Source: an uncultured bacterium (lineage in GTDB: Bacteria; Acidobacteriota; HRBIN11; JAKEFK01). From it: a stretch of 64,000 nt of DNA. Where the stretch lies: the NCBI GenBank assembly GCA_963777505.1, contig CAVZQN010000004.1, forward strand, positions 1,344,001 to 1,408,000, written 5' to 3'. The notes beneath the pieces were generated by a model. That model did not search any database. It saw only the letters and a program-made list of their open reading frames with translations, and was not told the origin of the DNA. Of this stretch, positions 46,621-57,012 are shown piece after piece (position 1 is the first letter of the stretch; every line of letters begins with the position of its first letter). The position numbers and the translations under genes were made by a program.

Positions 46621-48249
46621 ATGTTACAGGAACGCACAGGATTAAACTTCGAAGATCTAGGCCAACACATTCGAGCAGCCTGTGAAAGAGTTGACTCATT
46701 ATCAACTCAAAGAGGCGGCTTTCAGCAGCAAGAAAAACTCTCCGAGGCTTTTGAAGACCTTTTCGTTTTATTAGAAGAGCTTCGTCTTGTCGAAAAAGAA
46801 TTGCGTGTTAAAGATGAGGACTTGATGTCCATGCGCGAGATTATGGACATTGAGCGAGAACGGTATCAAGAACTTTTTGAACATGCTCCCGATGCTTATT
46901 TGTTAACTGATCCTTATTTTCGGATTCAACAGTTTAATTTCTCATCAGCTGAACTCTTTCAAATACAAAATGAGGGACTCCTTGGCTTAACACTGATGTT
47001 ATTTATAGATGAATTGGATCATAAGGTTTTGCGGGAACAGATATCGAACTTAAAAGAAAAGAAAATTATAAAAGGGATCGAGCTTCGTCTTCAACCCCAA
47101 AAAGGTTCTGTGATTTATGCATTGATTACAGTTGGAGCGATCCATAATCCTGAAGGCTCGCTTACAGGGATCCACTGGTTTCTGCGCGATGTAACAGCAC
47201 AAAAGGAAGCTGAAAAAGCATTACAACTGAGTGAAGAAAGATTCCGGTCTATTGCTGCATCCGCGAGAGATGCAATCATTGTTGCCGATGACAAAAGTAC
47301 AATTCTTTCCTGGAATAAAGGTGCGGAACAAATTTTCCAGTTTTCTGAAAATGAGATGATCGGAAAGCCTTTGGATTCTCTAGTATCGGAACGATTTAAG
47401 GAAAGCGGAAAAGGTCTTCAACTCTCACATATTTTGCAAATCGTTGGCAAAACCTCAGAAATGTCAGGAATGAAAAAAGACGGCACCGATTTTCCTATGG
47501 AAATATCTCTGTCTGCATGGCATGCAAATGGAAATGATTATTACACCGGAATTATTCGGGATATTACTGAAAGAAAACAAGCGGATGAAACACGGATCCG
47601 CCTGTTGGAACGAATTCTTTCAGGTCAGGAAGAGGATCGTAGATGGATTGCGCGTGAACTCCATGATGAAACCGGACAATCCCTGAGCGCATTACTTGTT
47701 GGACTTCGCATCATTGAAGAGGCGAGAACTTTGAAAAAAGCAAAACTGGAGGCAAGCCGGCTTCGCAGTATTACAGCGCAGACGCTCGATGATGTTGGAA
47801 GACTCGCTAAAGGATTGCGGCCAATCATTCTGGATGACTTAGGCTTGATCGTAGCATTGAAAAGGCATGTATCCGACTTTGCACGCTCTTTCAATATCTC
47901 GATCGATTTCAAAAGCCGGGGTGTTGACTCAGAACGGCTTCCTCTGACCGCTGAAACTGCATTGTTCCGTATTTCACAAGAGGCCCTGACAAATATCGCA
48001 AAACATTCAGGGGCCAAAAATGTACATTTTTTTCTAGAGCAAAATGAAAATGAAATCTTATTATCAATTGAAGATAATGGCCGTGGATTTGAAGTAGAAA
48101 AAGCATTGAAAGCATCAACGGCATCCAATCATCTTGGAATTCATGGGATGCGCGAACGTGCTTCATTATTGGGAGGCACCTTATTTTTTGAATCATCACC
48201 GAACAAAGGTACAAAAGTTCTTGTTCGACTTCCAAAAGATGGTTTGTAA
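46621..48249 (+). CDS. Cytoplasmic PAS-PAS sensor histidine kinase (HisKA_3)
   Basis: Two PAS/PAC modules; EDRRWIARELHDETGQ; QEALTNIAKHS; DNGRGF; GIHGMRER; no TM. Confidence 0.93.
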   Translation: MLQERTGLNFEDLGQHIRAACERVDSLSTQRGGFQQQEKLSEAFEDLFVLLEELRLVEKELRVKDEDLMSMREIMDIERERYQELFEHAPDAYLLTDPYFRIQQFNFSSAELFQIQNEGLLGLTLMLFIDELDHKVLREQISNLKEKKIIKGIELRLQPQKGSVIYALITVGAIHNPEGSLTGIHWFLRDVTAQKEAEKALQLSEERFRSIAASARDAIIVADDKSTILSWNKGAEQIFQFSENEMIGKPLDSLVSERFKESGKGLQLSHILQIVGKTSEMSGMKKDGTDFPMEISLSAWHANGNDYYTGIIRDITERKQADETRIRLLERILSGQEEDRRWIARELHDETGQSLSALLVGLRIIEEARTLKKAKLEASRLRSITAQTLDDVGRLAKGLRPIILDDLGLIVALKRHVSDFARSFNISIDFKSRGVDSERLPLTAETALFRISQEALTNIAKHSGAKNVHFFLEQNENEILLSIEDNGRGFEVEKALKASTASNHLGIHGMRERASLLGGTLFFESSPNKGTKVLVRLPKDGL

Positions 48250-48274
48250 CAATCGAGCGATTGAGAAAAAATAA

Positions 48275-48913
48275 ATGGCAAAAATTCGCATTCTGATCGT
48301 TGACGATCACACTCTTTTTCGTTCCGGTTTGCGCATGCTGATTGGCGAACGCTCAGACATGGAAGTTGTCGGAGAAGCATCCGATGGTGAAGAAGCTCTT
48401 ACGTTGGCGAAAAAGCTCTCGCCGGACATCGTTCTCATGGATATTACGATGCCAGGGAGCGGCGGCCTTGTTGCAACAGAGAAAATTCGTGAAAATTGTG
48501 AGAAAACGCGAATCGTTATTCTCACAATGCATGAAGATCCCGTTTATGTGCGCTCCGCATTGGCAGCAGGAGCAACCGGTTATATTGTCAAAAAAGCAGC
48601 TGATTCTGAATTGATTTCAGCGATTCGGGCAGTCAACCACGGACGAACTTTCATTGATTCTTCCCAGGCGGAAGATACGCTATTTCCAGCAAATGGAAAA
48701 CGGAAACATGCACACGGCCAACTGAGCGAGCGGGAGTATCAAGTTTTAAAACTCCTCGCTCGCGGTTACACACATCACCAGATAGCCGAAGAAATTTCGA
48801 TCAGCGTTAAAAGCGTGGAAACATACCGCGCCCGCATGACCAAAAAACTAGAACTCCATAGCCGTGCCGATCTAATTCGTTACGCGCTGGAGACTGGTTT
48901 ACTTACAAGGTAA
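48275..48913 (+). CDS. NarL/FixJ family response regulator
   Basis: IVDDH, VLMDITMP, LSEREYQVLKL...KSVETYRAR. Confidence 0.94.
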   Translation: MAKIRILIVDDHTLFRSGLRMLIGERSDMEVVGEASDGEEALTLAKKLSPDIVLMDITMPGSGGLVATEKIRENCEKTRIVILTMHEDPVYVRSALAAGATGYIVKKAADSELISAIRAVNHGRTFIDSSQAEDTLFPANGKRKHAHGQLSEREYQVLKLLARGYTHHQIAEEISISVKSVETYRARMTKKLELHSRADLIRYALETGLLTR

Positions 48914-48923
48914 AACGCTATCT

Positions 48924-49157
48924 TCACGCGGGTGGTAGCTTCGGACTCTTGGGATCAACAGGATCTTGTGGATTAATACTGGTAGAGTCCCTCGCAGTTG
49001 ATTTACCAGCTGGACGCCCTGCACCCGTTTCCTCAGTATCATAGCGACCCGGTTCTTTTCCTTCTTCTTTTATTATGTCTTCACCTTTCCGAGTTCCAGG
49101 TGTATGACTCGGTAATTCTTCCTTTGAATTTGTCTTAGATTTATTATCGTCAGCCAT
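48924..49157 (-). CDS. Small hydrophilic protein divergent from hydrogenase operon
   Basis: AGGAGG RBS; 77 aa, PSHTPG...STARDSTSINP...PVDP. Confidence 0.75.
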   Translation of the reverse strand: MADDNKSKTNSKEELPSHTPGTRKGEDIIKEEGKEPGRYDTEETGAGRPAGKSTARDSTSINPQDPVDPKSPKLPPA

Positions 49158-49512
49158 GTTTTTCCTCCTGACCTATTAAACATAGGTGTTTATTTCATCT
49201 TCAACCGTCACAATTTGTGCAGAAAAAATCGTTATCCATATGGCATTCATGTAGAAATCTAACGTGTTGTAGGTGTTATTCCTGACACGCTTAGAAAATG
49301 TGGGGGGATTCACCCGACAGTTAATAACTGAACAAAGACATAAAATATTTGTGTCTCTCAATTGGTTCTTCACAGCCAGAATCTTTTTCATGTAGGTTGC
49401 CGGTGAAAAATGGTCAACCATATCACTTCTACGAAAGTATTAGACACCTTCTTGCATATCTGTTTGTACGATCAGTTAACGCTTCTAAGTCCTTTGGAAA
49501 AGGAGGAGAATC

Positions 49513-50577
49513 ATGCCAGCAGAAACTGTGCCATACGGGCGCATAACACAGCGTGCTCCTGCAGTTAAAGAAATTCACATTTTGTGGATTACAGCCGGCT
49601 TGGGCTGTGATGGCGATTCAGTCGCAATCACAGGCGCAACGCAGCCTAGCATCGAGGATGTAATTCTTGGTGCAATTCCAGGCCTTCCGAAAGTTCATTT
49701 GCACAATCCGGTCCTTGCCTACGACGTAGGTGATGCTTTTATGAAACCGTTTTGGGACGGTAAAGAAGGAAAACTCGATCCGTTTGTTCTTGTAGTAGAA
49801 GGATCGATTCCGAATGAAAAGATTAAAAGCGAAGGATATTGGGCGGCTCTTGGTTATGATGAGAAAACAGGGCAGCCAATTACTACAAATCAATGGATCG
49901 ATTGGCTTACGCCAAAGGCACTTGCTGTGGTCGCGATCGGGACTTGTGCAACTTACGGTGGAATTCATGCAATGGCTGGCAATCCTACCGGGGCAATGGG
50001 TCTTGCTGATTATTTGGGTTGGAATTGGAAGTCGAAAGCAGGAATCCCAATTGTGAATGTGCCTGGATGTCCGGTTCAACCTGATAATTTCATGGAAACT
50101 GTCCTTTATCTACTGTATCAAGCTGCAGGGTTATCTCCCATGATTCCTCTGGATGAAGCGGGACGGCCAACATGGCTCTTTGGAAAAACGGTTCATGAAG
50201 GATGCGATCGTGCTGGCTATTATGAACAAGGAGATTTTGCAACAGAATATGGTTCCCCAAAATGTATTGTGAAACTCGGATGTTGGGGACCTGTAGTCAA
50301 TTGCAATGTTCCGAAACGTGGATGGATGAATGGTGTTGGTGGATGCCCTAATGTCGGTGGAATTTGTATTGGCTGTACGATGCCAGGATTTCCGGATAAG
50401 TTTATGCCATTCATGGATGAGCCTCCCGGCGGAAAATTATCTTCTGCTACGAGCGGTTTATATGGACGTGTAATCCGATCACTTCGAAAAATTACAAACT
50501 CAACTCTCAATCAAGAACCGAAATGGCGGCATCCCCGTCCTGAACTAACAACCGGTTATCGGCCGAAATCGTATTAG
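49513..50577 (+). CDS. hhyS: Group 1h [NiFe]-hydrogenase small subunit
   Basis: GLGCDGD (Asp for second proximal-cluster Cys), GTCATYGG, PGCP, HEGCDR, CIGC; no Tat signal. Confidence 0.93.
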   Translation: MPAETVPYGRITQRAPAVKEIHILWITAGLGCDGDSVAITGATQPSIEDVILGAIPGLPKVHLHNPVLAYDVGDAFMKPFWDGKEGKLDPFVLVVEGSIPNEKIKSEGYWAALGYDEKTGQPITTNQWIDWLTPKALAVVAIGTCATYGGIHAMAGNPTGAMGLADYLGWNWKSKAGIPIVNVPGCPVQPDNFMETVLYLLYQAAGLSPMIPLDEAGRPTWLFGKTVHEGCDRAGYYEQGDFATEYGSPKCIVKLGCWGPVVNCNVPKRGWMNGVGGCPNVGGICIGCTMPGFPDKFMPFMDEPPGGKLSSATSGLYGRVIRSLRKITNSTLNQEPKWRHPRPELTTGYRPKSY

Positions 50578-50587
50578 GGAGACTACT

Positions 50588-52384
50588 ATGTCAACAGCGA
50601 CTAAAACAGGATCAGAAACTCCAACTCAAAAACAAAATCTTGTTGAAATGAATTGGGATCCGATTACAAGGATTGTCGGAAGCCTCGGAATCTACACGAA
50701 AATTGATTTTGCGAACAGGCGTGTTGCTGAATGTTATAGCACTTCATCCATTTTTCGTGGATACAGCATTTTCATGAAAGGAAAAGATCCGCGTGATGCG
50801 CATTTTATTACAAGCCGTATTTGTGGGATTTGTGGAGACAATCACGCGACATGTGCAACCTATGCTCAGAATATGGCTTTTGGGTGCCGCCCTCCTGTTC
50901 TTGGTGAATGGATTGTAAATCTTGGTGAGGCAGCCGAATACATGTTCGATCACAATATTTTTCAAGACAATCTCGTAGGTGTTGATTTCTGCGAACAGAT
51001 GGTCAAGGAAACAAACCCGAGTGTTTGGGATAAAGCTCAAAAAACGGAAGCACCGAACGCCAAATTGCACGGCTATCGAAAAATTTCTGACATTATGACG
51101 GCGCTCAACCCATTTACTGGCGAATTCTATCGCGAAACTCTTCATGTAAGCCGGTACACGCGCGAGATGTTCTGTCTCATGGAAGGAAGACATGTTCACC
51201 CTTCAACACTTTATCCGGGTGGAGTGGGAACAACACCTACGATTCAGTTGTTTACTGATTATCTAGTTCGTTTGATGAAATATTGTGAATTTATGAAGAA
51301 GGTCGTACCTCTTCATGATGATCTTTTTAATTTCTTCTACGAGGCGTTGCCCGGTTATGAAGAAGTAGGACGCCGACGCGTACTTCTTGGATGTTGGGGA
51401 TCTTTCAACAATCCTAATGTGTGCGATTACACATACAAGAACATGTCCAATTGGGGACGTGGAATGTACGTGACGCCTGGTGTTGTTGTTGACGGCGAAC
51501 TTGTAACAACAGATCTGGTCGATATCAATCTGAACATTCGGATTCTACTTGGCAGTTCGTTCTACGATGGATGGGAAAATGCTGAAAAGTTTGTTAAGAC
51601 TGATCCATTGGGTAATCCTGTAGATCAAAACCATCCATGGAATCAAACCACAGTTCCGCGTCCACAAAAACGGGACTTCAATGGCAAATACACTTGGGTC
51701 ATGTCGCCCCGTTGGCTTGATCAACGCACAGGCGATCATCTTGCTCTTGATACCGGTGGTGGACCCATTGCGCGCTTCTGGGCAACTGCCAAAGCTGGAT
51801 TGGTAGACATCGGATATCTCAAAGCAACGGGAAATAGTGTAAAAATTTATCTTCCAAAAACTGCGACACTTCCTGAAGTTGAATTCGAATGGAAAATTCC
51901 AAAGTGGAGTAATGCGATTGAACGTGATCGCGCAAGAACATACTTCCAGGCTTATTCAGCAGCAGCAGCACTCTATTTTGTTGAACAAGCTCTTGCCGAA
52001 TTGCATGCAGGCAGAACAAAAACCTGGTCGGAGTTTACAGTTCCTGAGGATGCCATCGGTTGTGGATTCCATGAAGCAGTTCGTGGCGTTCTTTCACATC
52101 ATGTTGTGATTCGTGATGGTAAAATCGCGAACTATCATCCGTATCCACCGACACCATGGAATGCAAATCCGCGTGATATTTATGGAACTCCCGGACCATA
52201 CGAAGATGCGGTACAAAATACTCCAATCTTTGAAGAAAATGGTCCCGACAAATTCAAAGGCATTGACATTATGCGAGCCGTAAGAAGCTTTGATCCGTGT
52301 CTGCCTTGCGGTGTCCATATGTATCTCGGAAATGGAAAAGAAATTCAAGTTCGGCATTCTCCAACATTTGGACCGCGGCTTTAA
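50588..52384 (+). CDS. hhyL: Group 1h [NiFe]-hydrogenase large subunit
   Basis: WDPITRIVG; L1 TSRICGICGDNH; L2 SFDPCLPCGVH with cleavable tail. Confidence 0.95.
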   Translation: MSTATKTGSETPTQKQNLVEMNWDPITRIVGSLGIYTKIDFANRRVAECYSTSSIFRGYSIFMKGKDPRDAHFITSRICGICGDNHATCATYAQNMAFGCRPPVLGEWIVNLGEAAEYMFDHNIFQDNLVGVDFCEQMVKETNPSVWDKAQKTEAPNAKLHGYRKISDIMTALNPFTGEFYRETLHVSRYTREMFCLMEGRHVHPSTLYPGGVGTTPTIQLFTDYLVRLMKYCEFMKKVVPLHDDLFNFFYEALPGYEEVGRRRVLLGCWGSFNNPNVCDYTYKNMSNWGRGMYVTPGVVVDGELVTTDLVDINLNIRILLGSSFYDGWENAEKFVKTDPLGNPVDQNHPWNQTTVPRPQKRDFNGKYTWVMSPRWLDQRTGDHLALDTGGGPIARFWATAKAGLVDIGYLKATGNSVKIYLPKTATLPEVEFEWKIPKWSNAIERDRARTYFQAYSAAAALYFVEQALAELHAGRTKTWSEFTVPEDAIGCGFHEAVRGVLSHHVVIRDGKIANYHPYPPTPWNANPRDIYGTPGPYEDAVQNTPIFEENGPDKFKGIDIMRAVRSFDPCLPCGVHMYLGNGKEIQVRHSPTFGPRL

Positions 52385-52398
52385 GGCGCTGATTTCAT

Positions 52399-53268
52399 AT
52401 GCCGGATGATCGAAAACTTCCGCAGCGGATACAGCAAATCGAAGGGCTGATCTCTAAAATAGAAAGTTACGCCGACCCGGATATTCGAGCCACTGCCAGG
52501 GAACTGGTTCAGTTGCTCATGGAAGCTCATGGTGCCGGATTAGAACGCATCATGGAAATTTTATGGCAATCTGAAAACGGGGAGACACTCACCGATCAGA
52601 TTGGCCGGGATGTCATGATCGGCCCTCTCCTTTTGCTTTACGGACTCCATCCTGTTGATTTGAAAACAAGGGTGCTGAATGCACTCGATAAAGTGCGTCC
52701 CTATCTTCAATCACACGGTGGGAATGTTGATCTCATTGATATTTCCAACACCGGAGATGTACGTCTTCGATTGCAAGGTAGCTGCAATGGATGTCCGTCC
52801 TCCGCAATGACACTGAAACTTGCGATTGAAGAAGCAATTGATGAGTATGCTCCCGATGTGAATAGTTTGAGTGTGGAAGGAGTCGTGGAATCGAAGCTAT
52901 CTTCCGGCTTTGTGCCAATTCAAAAGTTGAAGATGGAAAACGAACCGCAGGGAGGGTGGAAGGAAGTAAGCGGGCTGGATGCAATCACTCAAGGAATGGT
53001 GAAAACGCTGGAAGTCAGCGGCCAGCCTGTCTTGTTTTGCCGGATTGAAGAGTCGTACTATGCATATAGTACTACATGTCCGGATTGCACAAGCACTCTG
53101 CGAGGCGCGATCCTTGCAGAACCGTCAGCCCTTACCTGTCCGGCATGTGGACAAAAGTATGACGTACTCAGAGCGGGAAGAGGCCTTGATAAACCAGCGC
53201 TACATTTAGAGCCCTTTCCATTATTAATGGAGCATGGCCGCACTAAAATTGCGCTGCCGGCGTCATAA
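52399..53268 (+). CDS. hhyE: NifU-like Fe-S protein with degenerate Rieske-like domain (HhyE type)
   Basis: VRPYLQSHGG...GSCNGCPSS; C-terminal CPDC...CPAC; directly after hhyL. Confidence 0.8.
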   Translation: MPDDRKLPQRIQQIEGLISKIESYADPDIRATARELVQLLMEAHGAGLERIMEILWQSENGETLTDQIGRDVMIGPLLLLYGLHPVDLKTRVLNALDKVRPYLQSHGGNVDLIDISNTGDVRLRLQGSCNGCPSSAMTLKLAIEEAIDEYAPDVNSLSVEGVVESKLSSGFVPIQKLKMENEPQGGWKEVSGLDAITQGMVKTLEVSGQPVLFCRIEESYYAYSTTCPDCTSTLRGAILAEPSALTCPACGQKYDVLRAGRGLDKPALHLEPFPLLMEHGRTKIALPAS

Positions 53269-53291
53269 AATTCCGGATTTCTGGTGGTTAA

Positions 53292-53936
53292 ATGAAACAA
53301 GGATTTGGAGTTCTCCGCCAATTCATAAAGGAAAAAGAACCCCAGGAGCAATGTGATCTTTGCAGCCTCGGGCTCCCCTCACAGCATCAACATCTGATCG
53401 AGCCATCATCGCGGAAAATTGTTTGCTCTTGCGATGCTTGCTCAATTCTTTTCAGCGACCAACAAGGGTCCAAATTCAGACGGATCCCCCGCGATAGCAG
53501 GATCCTCACTGACTTTCATTTAACCAACGAACAATGGGACGAGCTCCTGATTCCGATCAGCATGGCCTTTTTCTTCTTCAGCTCAATGCACAACAAATTC
53601 ATTGTTCTCTATCCAAGTCCAGCGGGAGCAACTGAATCTTTGCTTCGTTTGGATTCATGGAACGATGTTATTCAACAGAATCCGGTTCTTCAGAAAATGA
53701 ATCCGGATGTGGAAGCATTGCTTGTAAACCGGATGCCAAAAGAACCGGAATATTTTATTACACCGATCGATCAATGCTTTAAGTTGGTTGGCTTAATCCG
53801 CTCGAAATGGAAAGGTCTTTCAGGCGGCACTGATGTATGGAAGGAAATTTATCAATTTTTTGAAACGCTAAAACAAAACAGTCTTGTTCTCAACAGCGGT
53901 GACACAGCACTGAGATCAATAATAAATAATGCCTGA
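53292..53936 (+). CDS. Hydrogenase-associated DUF5947 protein
   Basis: CDLC...H...CSCDAC, YPSPAGATES, PDVEALL, GLSGG. Confidence 0.8.
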   Translation: MKQGFGVLRQFIKEKEPQEQCDLCSLGLPSQHQHLIEPSSRKIVCSCDACSILFSDQQGSKFRRIPRDSRILTDFHLTNEQWDELLIPISMAFFFFSSMHNKFIVLYPSPAGATESLLRLDSWNDVIQQNPVLQKMNPDVEALLVNRMPKEPEYFITPIDQCFKLVGLIRSKWKGLSGGTDVWKEIYQFFETLKQNSLVLNSGDTALRSIINNA

Positions 53937-55818
53937 TCTGAATTTTGATGTAGAAGGAGCTGAACCTGTTGCGTATGCTGCGTCTCCGTTGATTGCATTC
54001 AAGCTCAGGATCACTGCCGATAATGAGAACGTTACCATTCATTCGGTAATGCTGCGATGTCAGATCATGATCGAATCAACGAAGCGTCATTATGATCCGT
54101 TAGAACAGAAGCAGATGTATGAGATTTTTGGAGAACCAGAGCGCTGGAGTCAAACACTCAGAACCATGCTCTGGACTCACGCGAGTGTGGGCATCCCGCG
54201 ATTTATCGGCAGCACAGTGATCGATCTTCCAGTGATATGTACTTTCGATTTTAACGTTGCAGCAACCAAGTATTTTTATGGGCTTGAAGGCGGTGAAGTA
54301 CCGTTATCGTTTTTATTCAGTGGTTCCATTTTTTATGAAGATGAAAATGCTGCGATGCAGGTCACACAAATTTCGTGGGAAAAGGAGTCTCGTTATCGCC
54401 TTCCAGTCGATGTGTGGAAGAAGATGATGGAGCACTATTATCCAAACTCAGTATGGCTTTGTCTCAGAAAGGATATATTTCAACGCCTTTATGAACACAA
54501 AATGGAACATGGATTTGCAACATGGGAACAAGTTCTTGAAAATGTTCTTCCGGTGAAAACCGTCATGAATCTTGAATTAGTGGAAAAGATCGCAAATGCG
54601 ATTTTATATGAAGGTTATCTTCTGTATCCATACCGTGCCTCGGCTGTAAAGAACCGGCATCGATGGACTTTCGGTGCACTTTATCCGCCTTCTTACAGCA
54701 AGCTTCAAAGCGAAAACGATCCCTCTTCAATGCAAACAGAATGTATTTTGAAAGGGACGGCCAATGCTTCATTTAATGTACGGCTTCGGTTTCTGCAACT
54801 TGTTTCGCGTGAAACTGGCAATCAATCCTGGCAAGAAGCTAAAGAACAAACTTTTGAAATTCCTGAAACGAAGCTGTCTTCTTTGAATTCTAACGTCACA
54901 AGATTTCCTTTCCGTTTCGAATCGATGCAAAAACAAGAAGGGTCAGCAGTCTTGCGCTGCGAAGAGGTTCAAGGCGTAGTTGAAATTAGCGCAGAGCAGC
55001 TTGCCGATCAAGCATACAAGTTAACGGTTTGTGTTTTGAATGAGACAAATTTTGAAAATGCTGAATCGCAGGGCCGTGATGAAGCTCTAATGCATTCCCT
55101 TGTTTCAACTCATTGCATTCTCAGTGTTCGAGATGGTGAATTTATTTCGTTGCTTGATCCACCGGTAGAATTTCTAGCTTTCGCAAAATCGTGTCATAAC
55201 ATTCGAAACTGGCCTGTTCTTGCAGGAAATGAGGGAGAGCGAAGTATGATGATCGCCTCGCCCATTATTCTGTACGACTATCCACAAATTGCAGAAGAGA
55301 GCGCCGGTGATCTGTTTGATTCAACAGAGATCGATGAAATTTTAAGTCTGCGGATTCTGACTTTAACAGATCAAGAAAAGGCAGAAATGCGGCGGGTTGA
55401 CGAACGTGCACGCAAACTATTGGAAAGGACAGAATCGATTCCACCAGAACAGTTTATGAAAATGCATGGAGCGGTTCGCGGTCTCAAACGAGTAATCCGG
55501 GATCCGGATCCAAAGGAGGAGCCTGTGGATGCTAACTGGAATCCTTATGAAAGCAAACCGCCGGTTGAGAAGGTTCAAGTGTTAGGGATTGATGTTAAAA
55601 AGGGAAGTCGTGTGAAGTTGTGGCCTGTAAAAACTGCCGACATTATGGATCTTGCACTTTCTGGACGCACTGCAATCGTTGAAGCGATCGAAGAAGACTA
55701 TGACGGTGTCGTACATCTAGCAGTTATTGTTGAAGATGATCCCGGCAAAGATATGGGTGAATTAAGACAACCCGGACACCGATTCTTTTTTACACCTGAA
55801 GAAGTGGAACCATTATGA
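53929..55818 (+). CDS. Hydrogenase-associated DUF6084 protein read through into the next conserved 1h-cluster protein
   Basis: MPDLNF...FGEPERW...CTFDF; then from ATG 54565 ILYEGYLLYPYR, SPIILYDYP, DLFDSTEIDEIL, GHRFFFTPEEVEPL. Confidence 0.8.
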   Translation: MPDLNFDVEGAEPVAYAASPLIAFKLRITADNENVTIHSVMLRCQIMIESTKRHYDPLEQKQMYEIFGEPERWSQTLRTMLWTHASVGIPRFIGSTVIDLPVICTFDFNVAATKYFYGLEGGEVPLSFLFSGSIFYEDENAAMQVTQISWEKESRYRLPVDVWKKMMEHYYPNSVWLCLRKDIFQRLYEHKMEHGFATWEQVLENVLPVKTVMNLELVEKIANAILYEGYLLYPYRASAVKNRHRWTFGALYPPSYSKLQSENDPSSMQTECILKGTANASFNVRLRFLQLVSRETGNQSWQEAKEQTFEIPETKLSSLNSNVTRFPFRFESMQKQEGSAVLRCEEVQGVVEISAEQLADQAYKLTVCVLNETNFENAESQGRDEALMHSLVSTHCILSVRDGEFISLLDPPVEFLAFAKSCHNIRNWPVLAGNEGERSMMIASPIILYDYPQIAEESAGDLFDSTEIDEILSLRILTLTDQEKAEMRRVDERARKLLERTESIPPEQFMKMHGAVRGLKRVIRDPDPKEEPVDANWNPYESKPPVEKVQVLGIDVKKGSRVKLWPVKTADIMDLALSGRTAIVEAIEEDYDGVVHLAVIVEDDPGKDMGELRQPGHRFFFTPEEVEPL

Positions 55819-56312
55819 CCAACATATTGATCGCTGGAATTGGAAACATCTTTTTTGGTGATGACGCTTTTGGATGTGAAGTCGTCAAAAAGCTATATCA
55901 ACGGAAGATGCCTGAGAATGTTCGAGTTGTGGACTTCGGTATTCGTGGCTTCGATCTGGCGTATGCCTTGATGGATGATAAAAATGATTTTTCAATTCTC
56001 GTTGATGCATTGCCGCGCGGTGGAAAGCCAGGCACTCTTTACACGATTGAACCTGAAGTTGAATTGACTTCGCCGGAGGATGCCAATGTAGAGACGCATG
56101 GAATGAATCCTATGAAGGTATTTCAGCTAATTCACGCTATGGGAGGACAAGTGAAACGCGTTTTGATTGTTGGTTGCGAACCCCAAACGCTTGGACCCGA
56201 AGAAGGACTCATGGGGTTAAGTGAGCCAGTTGAGTCCGCAGTTGACGAAGCAGTTGAGCTCATTGAATCACTTGTCGAATCGATCTCAAAAGAGAAACAG
56301 TTACTAACGTAA
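55815..56312 (+). CDS. Hydrogenase maturation protease
   Basis: IAGIGNIFFGDDAFG, DFGIRG, LVDA, HGMNP, VGCEP. Confidence 0.92.
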   Translation: MTNILIAGIGNIFFGDDAFGCEVVKKLYQRKMPENVRVVDFGIRGFDLAYALMDDKNDFSILVDALPRGGKPGTLYTIEPEVELTSPEDANVETHGMNPMKVFQLIHAMGGQVKRVLIVGCEPQTLGPEEGLMGLSEPVESAVDEAVELIESLVESISKEKQLLT

Positions 56313-56339
56313 TCGTAATAATCCAAAAGGAGGAACAAC

Positions 56340-56591
56340 ATGGAAGGGAACGGATTTGGAAAAAGCTTACTGGACAACAAAGAATTTTTTGAAGCAGCTG
56401 CCGGGGTTGCAATGATTGTTGCAGGTGCAAGTATTCTGCTTGCGAATCCACAAACTCGGGAATATGTAAAAGATGGTTTAAGGGCAGTGTTTCCAAATAT
56501 GGATATCGACAAACTTGAGGATCCGCTCGCAATGGGACTTTCAACTGTGATGCCAGATTTAGAAAGGTACTTAAAACTCAGGTCGATGTAA
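56340..56591 (+). CDS. Small one-TM protein, DUF6893-like C-terminus
   Basis: AGGAGG RBS; hydrophobic AAAGVAMIVAGASILLA; ends MPDLERYLKLRSM. Confidence 0.7.
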   Translation: MEGNGFGKSLLDNKEFFEAAAGVAMIVAGASILLANPQTREYVKDGLRAVFPNMDIDKLEDPLAMGLSTVMPDLERYLKLRSM

Positions 56592-56592
56592 G

Positions 56593-57012
56593 ATGCACGA
56601 ATTAGCGCTCGCTGAAGGAATTTTAGGTGTCGCTCAAGATGCTGCTGGTGGCGAAAACATCACATCGATTCGAGTTCGAGTGGGCCGTTTGCAACACGTT
56701 ACACAAGATAGTCTTCGGTTCGCGTTCGAATTGGTAGCTCGTGATACGAACGCGGAAACAGCAACGATTGAAGTAGATCAAGTACCGATCAAATATCGTT
56801 GCAAACGATGTTCAAATGAAGGCGAAATTGAACTTCCGAATTTTAACTGCCTTTCCTGCTCTTCAAGTGAAGTGGAGATTTTATCGGGCGAGGAAATTCT
56901 TGTAGATTCTGTTGAATTACACAATGGGCAGGTAATTCGAAGGTGTGACGCGAATCTTCAGGATCTGCTCGATACGCATATCAAGGAACATCATGGAAAC
57001 GACAATCATTAA
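56593..57012 (+). CDS. hypA: Hydrogenase nickel chaperone HypA
   Basis: MHE start, CKRC...CLSC, SGEE; His-containing tail. Confidence 0.93.
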   Translation: MHELALAEGILGVAQDAAGGENITSIRVRVGRLQHVTQDSLRFAFELVARDTNAETATIEVDQVPIKYRCKRCSNEGEIELPNFNCLSCSSSEVEILSGEEILVDSVELHNGQVIRRCDANLQDLLDTHIKEHHGNDNH

